Assembly: GCA_041661275.1 (NCBI GenBank)
Contig: JBAZUU010000001.1
Span: 229,057-293,056 of the forward strand
Direction: 5' to 3'
DNA from: Parcubacteria group bacterium
GTDB taxonomy: Bacteria > Patescibacteriota > Minisyncoccia > Moranbacterales > UBA2206
Length of the DNA: 64,000 nucleotides
Shown here: positions 1-9,808 of the stretch, in pieces
How the letters are laid out: each line of letters begins with the position of its first letter
How positions within the stretch are numbered: the first letter of the stretch is position 1
The notes under the pieces: generated by a model
The model's database searches: none
What the model saw: the letters and a program-made list of their open reading frames with translations, nothing else
Told to the model about the DNA's origin: nothing
Translations under genes and position numbers: made by a program

Positions 1-258
1 ATCCAATCAAGCGAATTTTCATCAGTTGCATGTTCTGTCGCTTCCAGGATATCCCGAATGTATATTCTAAAAATCTCCCTCCCTTCATCTGATACTTTTC
101 CAGTACAGAGATATTCATTGACATTCTCCCTGTTTATCTCGTGCATCAAATGAAGACTGAGAAGCAATCCCTTTTGTGCTGAAGAAAGAATTTTCCATAG
201 TCTGGCTACATTTGGGTATTCTTCTTTAACTGGCTTAATATTCATTTCGCTCTCCATA
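1..258 (-). CDS. hypothetical protein, 5'-partial view (runs off window start)
   Basis: Reverse-strand reading from an ATG near 258 (MESEMNIKPVKEEYPNVARLWKIL...) stays open to the window edge. It is absent from the supplied ORF track and I recognise no domain. Confidence 0.3.
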
Positions 259-372
259 ATTTTCAAATATATATTTTAAAGAACTTCCCATCCTCTGAAA
301 CCACTTCACTTTGAAATGATTTCGGAAATGGAGCCCAGCGATATGCGGTGGCATATGCTGGGCGGAAGAGGG

Positions 373-876
373 TTATTTTCGTGTCAGTTTGTACACTGAC
401 ACATACTTATCATAGTTGAAGATGTCAAAGTGGTACCGATATGTCTTACCACGACTGATTGAACAAGTTTTGAATTCAAACTGGTTCGTGTTTGTCAGTC
501 CTGCATCGTTCAGAAGGGGCTCGACTATTTCTTTGCTCCAAAACTGATCCGAAGTGGCAGCTATTGCTTTTACTTCTACTTCGATCCCTGCAGCAAGAAA
601 CTTTTCTTCAACTTCATCAGAGAAGAAGCATTGGGAGTGTGTCACTATATTAGGCAAACTACCCTCGCCTATTATGGCTACATAATCCATGTGACCCAGT
701 TCTTTGTAGGCAGTGATCATTGCTTCCACGCCTCTGTCGAAGTTTTCTTGCGGATTATCGTACCTATTTGCTGCTGCTTTCCTTATTTCATACATCCATT
801 CACTATGAGGTACTGTTCCATTCAAGACAACGGGGTCATTTACGACTCCAAGTACCATTTTTTTGGATTTTTCCAT
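373..876 (-). CDS. hypothetical protein
   Basis: 167 aa ORF from the track with a plausible start context. I recognise no family. Confidence 0.5.
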   Translation of the reverse strand: MEKSKKMVLGVVNDPVVLNGTVPHSEWMYEIRKAAANRYDNPQENFDRGVEAMITAYKELGHMDYVAIIGEGSLPNIVTHSQCFFSDEVEEKFLAAGIEVEVKAIAATSDQFWSKEIVEPLLNDAGLTNTNQFEFKTCSISRGKTYRYHFDIFNYDKYVSVYKLTRK

Positions 877-1147
877 TTTTTTCTCCTCTATTTAGCAATG
901 GTAATTTAATAAACCCTCTATTCTCAACGAACTGTGTTACGAGTTCTGTCTTTTCGGCTTCTCACCGTAACAGCCTAGTATACCATTTTTTTGACCATTA
1001 GTCCATAGTTAATGACAATAGGCAAGTATAACCAAGAAGGACATAGTCTATATTTGGCTTATATATTGCATTATCTAGCGATATATGCTACAATAATAGT
1101 GTCGTCATATTTGATGACAGCAATGTATAAATTGCAAAAAACCACCC

Positions 1148-1175
1148 GTAGAGACGCATTGCAATGCGTCTCTAC
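1148..1175. repeat. perfect 28 bp palindrome GTAGAGACGCATTGCAATGCGTCTCTAC upstream of the TrmB-like gene
   Basis: Read directly from the sequence. It shares the stem GTAGAGACG/CGTCTCTAC with the hairpin at 1935-1963. Confidence 0.6.
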
Positions 1176-1194
1176 GTCGCGGGAAACATAATAT

Positions 1195-1920
1195 ATGCAC
1201 ATAGACGAACTAAAAAAGGCTGGTTTAAGCGAAAATGAGGCCAAGGTGTATCTGGCGGCTTTGGAGCTGGGCGAAACCAGTGTGTATAGGCTAGCCAAGA
1301 AATCAGGGGTCAAAAGGACAACCACCTATCTGGCAGTAGAGAATTTGAAGGAAAAAGGGCTGATGAGCAGTTATGAAAGCAATAATGTGGCGGTGGTTTA
1401 TGCCGAAAACCCCAAAAAACTGGTAGAATCCATGGAAAACAAGAAAAGAGATCTGGAAAGAATACTTCCGGAACTTTTGGCTTTTAATAATTTGATCGAT
1501 AAAAAACCGAAAATAAAATATTTTGAGGGGAAAGAATCGTATAAAGAAGTTTTTAGCGATGTTTTGAAATATCCTGACAGCGAAATGTTGGGCACGTTCA
1601 ATGAAAAATTTTGGGATTGGGAAGGATATTTTACCAGTTATTTCATGCCAAAAAGAAAAGAAAAAAAAATTTGGGCAAGAGTTTTGTTTAAGGATAATCC
1701 TGAACTGAAAAGTATTGCCGAGAGTGGAAATGTTACCTTTTCCCAAATTAAAATGGTGCCATCAGAGAAATTTAATATTGAAATAGAAATGGTGGTTTAT
1801 GGAAAGAATAAAGTGGGAATGGTTTCCTATGACGAAGAAATGGCTATCATTATTGAAAGCCAGAAAATCCATGATACCCAGAAGAGCTTTTTTGAAGTAA
1901 TGTGGGATATGCTACAATAG
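1195..1920 (+). CDS. TrmB-family (sugar-specific) transcriptional regulator
   Basis: N-terminal winged HTH (SENEAKVYLAALELGETSVYRLAKKSGVKRTTTYLAVENLKEKGL) typical of TrmB. It is a paralog of the ORF at 22560-23306. Confidence 0.7.
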   Translation: MHIDELKKAGLSENEAKVYLAALELGETSVYRLAKKSGVKRTTTYLAVENLKEKGLMSSYESNNVAVVYAENPKKLVESMENKKRDLERILPELLAFNNLIDKKPKIKYFEGKESYKEVFSDVLKYPDSEMLGTFNEKFWDWEGYFTSYFMPKRKEKKIWARVLFKDNPELKSIAESGNVTFSQIKMVPSEKFNIEIEMVVYGKNKVGMVSYDEEMAIIIESQKIHDTQKSFFEVMWDMLQ

Positions 1921-1934
1921 CCAGGTTACCTTGC

Positions 1935-1963
1935 GTAGAGACGAGGCACTGCCTCGTCTCTAC
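1935..1963. repeat. hairpin GTAGAGACGAGGCACTGCCTCGTCTCTAC downstream of the TrmB-like gene
   Basis: A 13 bp stem with a 3 nt loop and the same outer stem as 1148-1175. It may act as a terminator or is a small repeat family. Confidence 0.55.
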
Positions 1964-1980
1964 GAGAAGGCGAAATATGA

Positions 1981-4221
1981 ATGTCTAAAATCCTAGAAAA
2001 ACTAAATCCTTCCCAGCGCGAGGCGGTGGAGACGATTGATGGGCCGGTGCTTATCATTGCCGGAGCGGGTTCAGGGAAAACGCGGGCGCTCACTCATCGG
2101 GTGGCGTATTTGATTTGTGACAAAAATGTCAGTCCAAGGCGAATTTTGGCGGTGACATTCACAAACAAAGCTGCTCAAGAGATGAAGGAACGGATTGCAG
2201 AATTATTAGGTACTGATGACAACGATGGGAGTTCGACTCCCATTATGGGAGTCGAACTCCCAAGGAAAGAGATGCCGTTGGTGGGCACTTTTCATTCAAT
2301 CTGTGTGAGAATTTTGCGGCGGGAAATTGAGAAAGTGGGATATAAAAAATCATTTTCAATTCTCGATGCGCAGGATCAATTGGCACTTATGAAAAGGACG
2401 ATGAAGGAAATGCAAATTGATACCGATCAATTTAAACCACAAGCCATTTTGGGAGCAATTTCCAAAGCTAAAAACGAATTGATAGATGAAGCGGTTTTTG
2501 AAGAAGGCATCGGCGGATATTGGGAAGACGCAGTGTCGAAAGTTTATAAAACATATCAAAAAAAACTAAAAGACCAAAACGCTTTGGATTTTGACGATCT
2601 CATTATGCAAACAGTCAAAATTTTCAAGACATACCCAGAAATTTTGGCCAAATATCAGGAATTTTGGCGGTACATCATGGTGGATGAATATCAGGATACT
2701 AATCACGCGCAATATACTTTGGTAAAGCTGTTGTCTCAAAAGTATAAAAACATATGGGTTTGCGGTGATGACTGGCAAGGAATTTATATGTTTAGAGGCG
2801 CAGACATTCAAAACATACTCGACTTTGAAAAAGACTATTCAGACGCCAAAGTGATAAAACTAGAACAAAATTATCGTTCTACACAAAACATTCTGGACGC
2901 GGCTTACGGTGTTATTTCTAAAAACATTAATCGAAAAGATAAAAAAATATGGACCGACCAAGCGGGCGGGCATCTCATTACTTCATATGAAGCGGAAGAT
3001 GAAAGGGATGAGTCTGGTTTTATCGCCGAAGAAATCCGGAGAATAAGAAAAAAAGAAAACTATTCATTTTCCGATTTTGTGATTTTATATAGAACCAATG
3101 CTCAATCACGAACCATTGAAGAAGCGATGCTCAAAAATTCCCTGCCCTATCGAATTATTGGGGGCTTAAAATTCTATCAAAGAAAAGAAATAAAAGACGT
3201 CATTGCCTACCTTCGGCTTATTGAAAATTTTTATGACGAAGTTTCTTTGGAGCGCGTTATAAATGTTCCCAAAAAAGATATCGGCGAGATAACCTTGAAT
3301 AAATGGATAAAATTAGCCAGAGAAAATAATGTTAATCCGATAGGGTTTGGAGCTGGTAATTTAAAGATAGAGCCCTCTCCTGTCGCGAAGACGCGACATC
3401 CTCTCCCAGAGGGAGAGGAGGAAAGTAATGTGTTTTTAATTCCTTCCTCTAAAAAAGATAAAATTGCCAAGTTTTGTGAGTTTATAAAGAGGATGAATGA
3501 TGTAAAAAATAATATTCCACTGACTGATTTTATCCAAAAAGTCTTCATTGAATCCGGCTATGAAAAATTTTTGCTCGATGGAACGGAAGAAGGTGAAATG
3601 AGAAATGAGAACGTGCGCGAACTTTTGACGGTGGCTAAAAAATATGATGAATACGAAAGCGATGAAGGTTTGAAATTATTTTTGGAAGAAGTGGCACTTG
3701 TTTCTGATACGGACAATATCGATCAAAATAAAGACGCGGTGCATCTGATGACTTTGCACTCAGCCAAAGGACTGGAATTTAAGGTAGTTTTCATTGCCGG
3801 CCTCGAAGAGGGACTTCTGCCACATTCTCGAAGCATGATAGACGGTCGGGAGATGGAAGAGGAAAGAAGGTTGATGTACGTAGGAATAACTCGCGCCAAA
3901 GTCAAAGTATATTTATTATTTACCAGAGAAAGAAACATCTTTGGCTCAACGCAAGTCAATGCTCCGTCAAGATTTCTTGACGATATTCCGGAACACCTGC
4001 TCGAAGACTCAAATCCCAAATCTCAAATCCCAAATTCCAAACAAATCACAAATCCAAAATCACAAATTCAAAATTCTTTTCGAGATGGTGACAAAGTCAG
4101 TCATGAAATTTTTGGTGAGGGAAGAATAATCGCGACGCAAGGAGATATAATAACTGTGGCGTTTAAAAAAGCAGGATTGAAAAAACTAGCAGCGTCGATA
4201 GCGCCGTTAAGAAAAATTTAG
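1981..4221 (+). CDS. uvrD: UvrD/PcrA/Rep-family ATP-dependent DNA helicase
   Basis: Walker A (AGAGSGKTRALTHR) and the helicase motifs (VDEYQDTN, YRST, LMTLHSAKGLEF, VGITRAK) are present. The ORF also contains three repeat-derived in-frame insertions (see findings). Confidence 0.9.
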   Translation: MSKILEKLNPSQREAVETIDGPVLIIAGAGSGKTRALTHRVAYLICDKNVSPRRILAVTFTNKAAQEMKERIAELLGTDDNDGSSTPIMGVELPRKEMPLVGTFHSICVRILRREIEKVGYKKSFSILDAQDQLALMKRTMKEMQIDTDQFKPQAILGAISKAKNELIDEAVFEEGIGGYWEDAVSKVYKTYQKKLKDQNALDFDDLIMQTVKIFKTYPEILAKYQEFWRYIMVDEYQDTNHAQYTLVKLLSQKYKNIWVCGDDWQGIYMFRGADIQNILDFEKDYSDAKVIKLEQNYRSTQNILDAAYGVISKNINRKDKKIWTDQAGGHLITSYEAEDERDESGFIAEEIRRIRKKENYSFSDFVILYRTNAQSRTIEEAMLKNSLPYRIIGGLKFYQRKEIKDVIAYLRLIENFYDEVSLERVINVPKKDIGEITLNKWIKLARENNVNPIGFGAGNLKIEPSPVAKTRHPLPEGEEESNVFLIPSSKKDKIAKFCEFIKRMNDVKNNIPLTDFIQKVFIESGYEKFLLDGTEEGEMRNENVRELLTVAKKYDEYESDEGLKLFLEEVALVSDTDNIDQNKDAVHLMTLHSAKGLEFKVVFIAGLEEGLLPHSRSMIDGREMEEERRLMYVGITRAKVKVYLLFTRERNIFGSTQVNAPSRFLDDIPEHLLEDSNPKSQIPNSKQITNPKSQIQNSFRDGDKVSHEIFGEGRIIATQGDIITVAFKKAGLKKLAASIAPLRKI
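3372..3422 (+). repeat. CCCTCTCC/GGGAGAGGAGGA structured repeat, copy 1, in frame inside uvrD
   Basis: CCCTCTCCTGTC-GCGAAGACGC-GACATCCTCTCCCAGAGGGAGAGGAGGA. It encodes ...EPSPVAKTRHPLPEGEEE... within the helicase. Confidence 0.8.
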
Positions 4222-4343
4222 AATTTGAAATTTGAAATGAATTTTAAATGATTAAATTTAAAATTAAGACATTCAGAAATTTAAAATTGATTAAAAATTA
4301 AAAATTCTAAATTAAAAATTGAATAAGATAGTCTTAATAAAAC

Positions 4344-4375
4344 AAAAAAACCCAGGATTACTCCGGGCTTTTTTT
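4344..4375. terminator. putative bidirectional intrinsic terminator between convergent uvrD and the LysM/CHAP gene
   Basis: An A-run, an imperfect GC hairpin (CCCAGGATTACTCCGGG) and a T-run. Confidence 0.45.
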
Positions 4376-4385
4376 ACAATAAAAT

Positions 4386-5639
4386 CTAGTATACAAATCC
4401 CTTAACCGCTCTACTTCCTATCGGTATGGTTCTAGTGGATCTCTTGGCGAAGCCTGCATAGTTCATTTCGGATATAGTGAACGAAGATCCGCTGACTGAT
4501 TCTACGATAGCCACGTGTCCCCACCAGGATTCAGAAGAAACCATAATAGCTCCCGGTCTCGGAGTTTTCCCCGTGGAATATCCAGCCGCTTTGGCGTGAT
4601 AGAGCCATGTACCAGCATTTCCGCCCCAAGGAACGTAACGACGAGAGGCTACATACCAAGTGCAGTATCCGTATGGGAAGCTGTGGCCAGCGCCTGCTTT
4701 TCCGGAAAGCACTGATTTTCCGGCGGTGAATGAATCATATTGACGTGGAGCAATACCAATGGAAGAGCCACTGGAAGTAGAAGGAGTGGTAGCTTGTGGA
4801 ACTTCTTTCTGACCATCTGGAATAGTTATTTCTTCGCCCTCCTTTAGCTCTCCATTAGCCGGAAGTCCGTTAAAAGCAATAATTTTATCCTTGTCGGCTT
4901 TATATTCATTACTGACACTATCGATAGTATCACCCTTCTTTACGGTATATGTTAATCCGGAAACAGGGAGAATGAATATCTTATCTCCGGGCATAATGTC
5001 GTCAACATTATCCATTTCGTTTGCCCAGAGAATTGTGTTTACGCTAATCTTGTGGCTAGCGGCAATAGCGCTGACTGTATCGCCAGGCTGAACTTCATAG
5101 ATAACAACTCCGCCATCTTCTTCCGGGTCTTTTCGCACAGGACTCATTCCGGCGATAAGTGATTGTCCTTGAAGCATAAGCGGGCTTTCTTCTTCATCTT
5201 TTGATTCGGGATCGGGAGAGGTGCTGGCTTCAGCCAAAGGCGCCAAGGCTACATTAGTCTTTTTAGCGGATTTCAGAAACATTTTATCTTTTAGCGGATT
5301 ATCATAGTTTTCTTCTTGTCCAAAATAGCCAAATAAAAACCCGCTAGACTCACGGCCTGCGGTGAAATTGGTAGCGGAAACCAAAAGAGCGCAGGAAGCA
5401 ACAACGATAAACGCGCTGTAATTCCGGAATAGGTGCAGAACCTTGATGGTTCGCCGCTCTTTTATGAAACGCACTAATGCTTTTTGTATGATGTGAACCC
5501 GGGCAGCCAGGTTTTTGAGATTTTCGCGTCCTAATAAACTGATGGATAGAGTTTCGAGTAGTTTACTAATAACGATAAACCTTTCTTGTGTTTTGGGCTT
5601 TGGAATTGGCTGAAACCAGCTGTTTCCTTTGACCCTCAC
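4386..5639 (-). CDS. secreted/membrane-anchored peptidoglycan hydrolase with LysM repeats and a C-terminal CHAP domain
   Basis: N-terminal TM segment, two LysM-like segments (GDTVSAIAASHKISVNTILWANE; YTVKKGDTIDSVSNEY) and a CHAP-like C-terminus (YGYCTWYV...GHVAIV). Confidence 0.75.
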   Translation of the reverse strand: MRVKGNSWFQPIPKPKTQERFIVISKLLETLSISLLGRENLKNLAARVHIIQKALVRFIKERRTIKVLHLFRNYSAFIVVASCALLVSATNFTAGRESSGFLFGYFGQEENYDNPLKDKMFLKSAKKTNVALAPLAEASTSPDPESKDEEESPLMLQGQSLIAGMSPVRKDPEEDGGVVIYEVQPGDTVSAIAASHKISVNTILWANEMDNVDDIMPGDKIFILPVSGLTYTVKKGDTIDSVSNEYKADKDKIIAFNGLPANGELKEGEEITIPDGQKEVPQATTPSTSSGSSIGIAPRQYDSFTAGKSVLSGKAGAGHSFPYGYCTWYVASRRYVPWGGNAGTWLYHAKAAGYSTGKTPRPGAIMVSSESWWGHVAIVESVSGSSFTISEMNYAGFAKRSTRTIPIGSRAVKGFVY

Positions 5640-5716
5640 CCTAATTCTTACGTGCTTTCCAGTATAGCCGAAACGGCTTTTTTTGTCAAAACGGATTATT
5701 GTCGCTATAATGATAA

Positions 5717-6679
5717 GTGTCGCAAAACGAAGTTATGAATATCCAAAGCCTAAAAACCCAATTCCTGGAATATCTAGAAATTGAACGCTCGCGGTCGCCA
5801 AAGACCATCGAAAATTATAGCCACTATCTGGATGTCTTTTTGAATTGGGCTCATATCAATGATCCAAAAGAGATAAATGATGATCTGGTGAGAAATTTTC
5901 GCATCCATCTCAACCGCTTGGAGGACAAAAAGGGCAAGCGGCTTCAAAAGGTGACTCAGGGGTATTATGTCATTGCTCTACGCTCATTTTTGAAATATCT
6001 GGCCAAGCGTGATATCAAGACATTGCAAGCGGAAAAAGTGGAAATTGGTAAAACACCAGATCGAGAAGTGGAGTTCCTGGAAGAAGATGAGGTGGAGAGG
6101 CTTTTGGGTGCGGCGAAGGGATCTGATTTCAAATCGCTTCGCGACCGGGCAATTCTCGAGATGCTATTTTCCGCTGGACTGCGTGTTTCGGAGCTGACTG
6201 GTATCAATCGGGATAAATTAAACTTGAAATCAGGCGAGCTGTCTGTTCGTGGAAAAGGCGATAAAATCAGGGTGGTTTTTATTTCCGATACGGCCAAAGA
6301 TGCTTTGAAATCATATTTAGAAAAAAGAACAGATATTGACCCGGCACTTTTTGTGCGGGATGCCAAGGCGCAAGAAAAATTCGAATCAAAAAACAAAAAA
6401 AATAAAAAAGATAATGATAATCTTCGTCTCACCCCCCGTTCCATCCAAAGAATCGTAAAACATTATGCGGTCAAAGCCGGTATTGTCAAAAATGTCCACC
6501 CGCACACGTTACGTCATTCTTTCGCGACTGATTTGTTAATTAACGGAGCGGATATAAGAAGCGTTCAGGCCATGCTCGGCCATTCTTCGATCACCACAAC
6601 GCAGGTCTATACTCACATAACAAACCAACAACTTCGCGAAGTGCACAAAGCCTTTCATGCGAGGAGGAGGAAGAAATAA
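5717..6679 (+). CDS. tyrosine site-specific recombinase, XerC/XerD family
   Basis: The catalytic C-terminus (HPHTLRHSFATDLLINGADIRSVQAMLGHSSITTTQVYTH) matches the family. A K/N-rich low-complexity insertion lies before the catalytic domain. Confidence 0.85.
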   Translation: MSQNEVMNIQSLKTQFLEYLEIERSRSPKTIENYSHYLDVFLNWAHINDPKEINDDLVRNFRIHLNRLEDKKGKRLQKVTQGYYVIALRSFLKYLAKRDIKTLQAEKVEIGKTPDREVEFLEEDEVERLLGAAKGSDFKSLRDRAILEMLFSAGLRVSELTGINRDKLNLKSGELSVRGKGDKIRVVFISDTAKDALKSYLEKRTDIDPALFVRDAKAQEKFESKNKKNKKDNDNLRLTPRSIQRIVKHYAVKAGIVKNVHPHTLRHSFATDLLINGADIRSVQAMLGHSSITTTQVYTHITNQQLREVHKAFHARRRKK

Positions 6680-6722
6680 AAATATAAACAAATAAAATAC
6701 CTTGCAAGGTATTTTTATATTG

Positions 6723-6795
6723 TGGGACTGGCTGGATTTGAACCAGCGACCAAACGATTATGAGTCGTCCGCTCTGACCACTGAGCTACAGTCCC
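6723..6795 (-). tRNA. tRNA with CAU anticodon (Met elongator, or Ile2 via lysidine; tilS is present in this window)
   Basis: Manual cloverleaf: GGGACTG-TA-GCTC..GAGC-GACGA-CTCATAA-TCGTT..GGTTCAAATCC..CAGTCCC-A. Confidence 0.8.
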
Positions 6796-6814
6796 GTATT
6801 TAGTTTATAATTCG

Positions 6815-6888
6815 TGGGTCTGTGCAGACTCGAACTGCAGACCTCGTCGATGTCAACGACGCGCTCTAACCAACTGAGCTACAGACCC
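6815..6888 (-). tRNA. tRNA-Val(GAC)
   Basis: Manual cloverleaf: GGGTCTG-TA-GCTCAGTTGGTTAGAGC-G-CGTCG-TTGACAT-CGACG...TTCGAGT...CAGACCC-A. Confidence 0.8.
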
Positions 6889-6991
6889 GCATCAATATAA
6901 TCTTATTTTAATTTGTCGCTCTAGTCAATGAAACATAAAACATGAAACATAAAACTGCCAAAACAATCAGGCAGTTTTATTTTGTGAAAAT

Positions 6992-7957
6992 TTACTTTTC
7001 AATTTCAGCTGTTTTCACAGGATCTACTGTGGGAAGAATTTCTTTTTCCACTTCCTCGATCGGTTCTTCTATTTTTTCTTCCACTATTGGTGTGGCTATT
7101 TCGTGGAAAAAGAGAAGCCAGGCGGTTTGGTGGAAAACTTGAAAAACGGATTGAATAAGAAGAATAATAATACATATGGCCAATCCTATGATGACAGTAA
7201 CGGCGATGCCGATTTTTCCTAAAAAGGCGAAAGCGACAGCCAGTACTGCCAGTGGAGCGATAAGAATCATCATAGCTATCATCAAAATAATTCCCACCGG
7301 GATGAAAAGAATTCCCATAATCAAACTTGTGGCCAGGTTTTTTCTAAAAAGTTCATAGGATGTTTCGATGGCGTTCCAGGACGATAGTTTTCCGGAAACA
7401 ATGTAGATTTCTCCGTAAGTCTTGATATACGTGACCAGAATTACTATGGGGATAAAAATGAGAACGGCAAAAATAGCCAGCATCACTCCAAGAATATATG
7501 ATTTGGCTATGAAAAGGAAAATTACCGGTGTAGCAAGAATTACGATGGAAGCTATCATTAAGAGACATAATATTATGCCAAGAAGAAATATTTTCCAAAA
7601 GTATTTTTTCCCTTCTCGCATTCCGGAACGAAATTCAAAAGGTTTGTTTTTTAACACCTTTTCGATAGATTCAATAATTCCTCCCCGGGCGATGATGGAT
7701 AAAACTACAAACATCAGAAATATGACAGTAAGTATTATCGCTCCAGTAATGACCAGCCCTAAATGATCAGAGATAAACTGTGTAGCTCGTTCACTACTAT
7801 TTTTGTTTTTCTCATCAAAAGCATAATTCATATTACCCATTCCTCCGCCAAGCGCCAGTAACAACCCAAACCACCAAAGAGCTCGGTTTTTCCAAGTGAT
7901 GTCGAATGCTTTTTTGAAGATATCGATATAGGCGATATCTTGTAATTTTTTATTCAT
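6992..7957 (-). CDS. polytopic membrane protein, unknown function
   Basis: Multiple hydrophobic helices and a C-terminal acidic tail. I assign no family. Confidence 0.55.
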   Translation of the reverse strand: MNKKLQDIAYIDIFKKAFDITWKNRALWWFGLLLALGGGMGNMNYAFDEKNKNSSERATQFISDHLGLVITGAIILTVIFLMFVVLSIIARGGIIESIEKVLKNKPFEFRSGMREGKKYFWKIFLLGIILCLLMIASIVILATPVIFLFIAKSYILGVMLAIFAVLIFIPIVILVTYIKTYGEIYIVSGKLSSWNAIETSYELFRKNLATSLIMGILFIPVGIILMIAMMILIAPLAVLAVAFAFLGKIGIAVTVIIGLAICIIILLIQSVFQVFHQTAWLLFFHEIATPIVEEKIEEPIEEVEKEILPTVDPVKTAEIEK

Positions 7958-9788
7958 CTTTTTTTATTTCTTTTTTAATTCCGGCTATCTCATTGAATTC
8001 TTCTTGTTCTATTGTTTCTTTTTCCAAAAGAACAGAAGACAATTTGTCGAGTGTTTCCTTCTTCTCTTTTAATATTTTTTCTGTCACGTTGTAGGCGTCA
8101 CTAATGAATTTAGAAACCTGGTCGTCAATTTCTTCCGCCATTTTGTCGGAATAGTTTTTTTCTTCGTGGATTTCTTTGCCCAGGAAAATCATTTCTTCCT
8201 TATGGCCGAAAGTGCGCGGCCCCAGATCACTCATGCCATATCGAGTGACCAAGTTTCTCGCAATCTTAGTTGCTCGATCGAGATCGTTTGACGCACCGGT
8301 AGTGATATCACCAAAAGTCATTTTTTCACTGGCATATCCTCCAAGGAGAACGGACAATTCATCAATGAAATATCCCCGGCTAAGAAGAGTCTTGTCTTTT
8401 TCCGGGGCACTAAAAGTATATCCGCCAGCGTGTCCACGGGAGATGATAGAAATTTTTTGTACCGGATCAGCGTGTGGAAGGCTGGCGGCAACAAGCGCGT
8501 GTCCCGCTTCGTGGTAGGCGATAATTTTTTTCTCGTCCTCTTCTATTCTTCGGCTCTTTCGTTCTGGTCCGAGGATTACTTTTTCAATTGATTCAGTCAT
8601 CTCAAAGAGTCCAATCTCTTTTTTGTTGCGTCTGGCGGCCAGAATCGCCGCTTCATTCAAAAGATTGGAAAGATCAGCGCCGGAAAAACCGGGAGTGCGC
8701 CGGGCAATGACGCGAATATCTGTTCCTTTTTCCACCGGCTTATTTTTGGAGTGAATTTTCAAGATTTCTACGCGTTCGTCAATGTCAGGAAGATCCATAA
8801 CCACTCTTCGGTCAAATCGGCCTGGGCGAAGAAGAGCTGGATCAAGAACGTCAGGCCTATTGGTAGCAGCAATGACAATAACATTAGTGAAAGTGTCAAA
8901 ACCGTCCATTTCAACCAGGATTTGGTTTAGAGTTTGTTCTCGTTCATCATGCCCCCCACCCAATCCCGCTCCACGATGACGGCCGACCGCATCAATTTCA
9001 TCGATAAAAACAATGGAAGGAGCATTCTTTTTAGCTTGTTTGAAAAGATCGCGGACGCGCGAAGCTCCCACTCCCACAAACATTTCCACAAATTCTGATC
9101 CGGAGATGTTGAAAAATGGGACATTGGCTTCCCCAGCCACGGCTTTGGAAATCAGTGTTTTTCCGGTTCCTGGAGGACCAAGAAGGAGAACGCCTTTGGG
9201 AATTTTAGCGCCGAGAGCCAAAAATTTCTTAGGATTTCGCAGAAATTCTACTATTTCATAGAGTTCTTCTTTGGATTCTTTGGCACCGGCCACGTCAGCA
9301 AAAGTTATTCTTTTCTTCTTGTCCTTGGGGTCAGTCATGCGCGCGCGGGAAAGTCCGAAAGAAAGCGCTTGTGTGTTTCCACGTTGCGCTTGTCGGAGCA
9401 TAAACCATATGAAAACGGAAATAAGAATAAAAGGAAGTAAAAACGGTAAAATTATTCCCGCCCAAGCTCCCGCAGAAGACTCGCCCTTAACATCCAAATT
9501 AACGGATTGTAATTTCTGTGTATCCACACCATAGTTTTTCAAAGATTCAGTGAGACCCGTTTCTTTTTCCTTAGTAGCTTTTTCAGATTTTCCGTCATTG
9601 AGCTCAACAGCCAACTCATTATTGTCTACGGTAATTTTTTTGACCTGACCGTCGTTTACCTGATTGGCTAGTTGAGTAAGAGAGATTTGTTCTGGTTTTT
9701 GTTGCGGGGCGCTATAGAGAACAAGTATTCCGGATATGAACAAAAATACCAAGAGCACAATGCCGATATTTTTAAATAATTTATTCAT
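7950..9788 (-). CDS. ftsH: ATP-dependent zinc metalloprotease FtsH
   Basis: N-terminal TM segments, an AAA module ([12 protein letters not shown]) and the HEAGH zinc motif. Confidence 0.95.
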   Translation of the reverse strand: MNKLFKNIGIVLLVFLFISGILVLYSAPQQKPEQISLTQLANQVNDGQVKKITVDNNELAVELNDGKSEKATKEKETGLTESLKNYGVDTQKLQSVNLDVKGESSAGAWAGIILPFLLPFILISVFIWFMLRQAQRGNTQALSFGLSRARMTDPKDKKKRITFADVAGAKESKEELYEIVEFLRNPKKFLALGAKIPKGVLLLGPPGTGKTLISKAVAGEANVPFFNISGSEFVEMFVGVGASRVRDLFKQAKKNAPSIVFIDEIDAVGRHRGAGLGGGHDEREQTLNQILVEMDGFDTFTNVIVIAATNRPDVLDPALLRPGRFDRRVVMDLPDIDERVEILKIHSKNKPVEKGTDIRVIARRTPGFSGADLSNLLNEAAILAARRNKKEIGLFEMTESIEKVILGPERKSRRIEEDEKKIIAYHEAGHALVAASLPHADPVQKISIISRGHAGGYTFSAPEKDKTLLSRGYFIDELSVLLGGYASEKMTFGDITTGASNDLDRATKIARNLVTRYGMSDLGPRTFGHKEEMIFLGKEIHEEKNYSDKMAEEIDDQVSKFISDAYNVTEKILKEKKETLDKLSSVLLEKETIEQEEFNEIAGIKKEIKKDE

Positions 9789-9808
9789 AATTATTATATT
9801 TTACAAAG

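Noticed and set aside
4222-4330. AT-rich block after uvrD as a possible origin or DnaA-box region
   Set aside because: I see no DnaA-box consensus (TTATCCACA) clusters. The block matches the dispersed AT-rich repeat family and sits between convergent genes.
5717-6888. Integrase-plus-tRNA signature of an integrated element
   Set aside because: The recombinase looks like a chromosomal Xer-type enzyme. The genes beyond the tRNA-Met/tRNA-Val pair are core housekeeping (ftsH, tilS, cmk, rpsA), with no att-like direct repeats seen.
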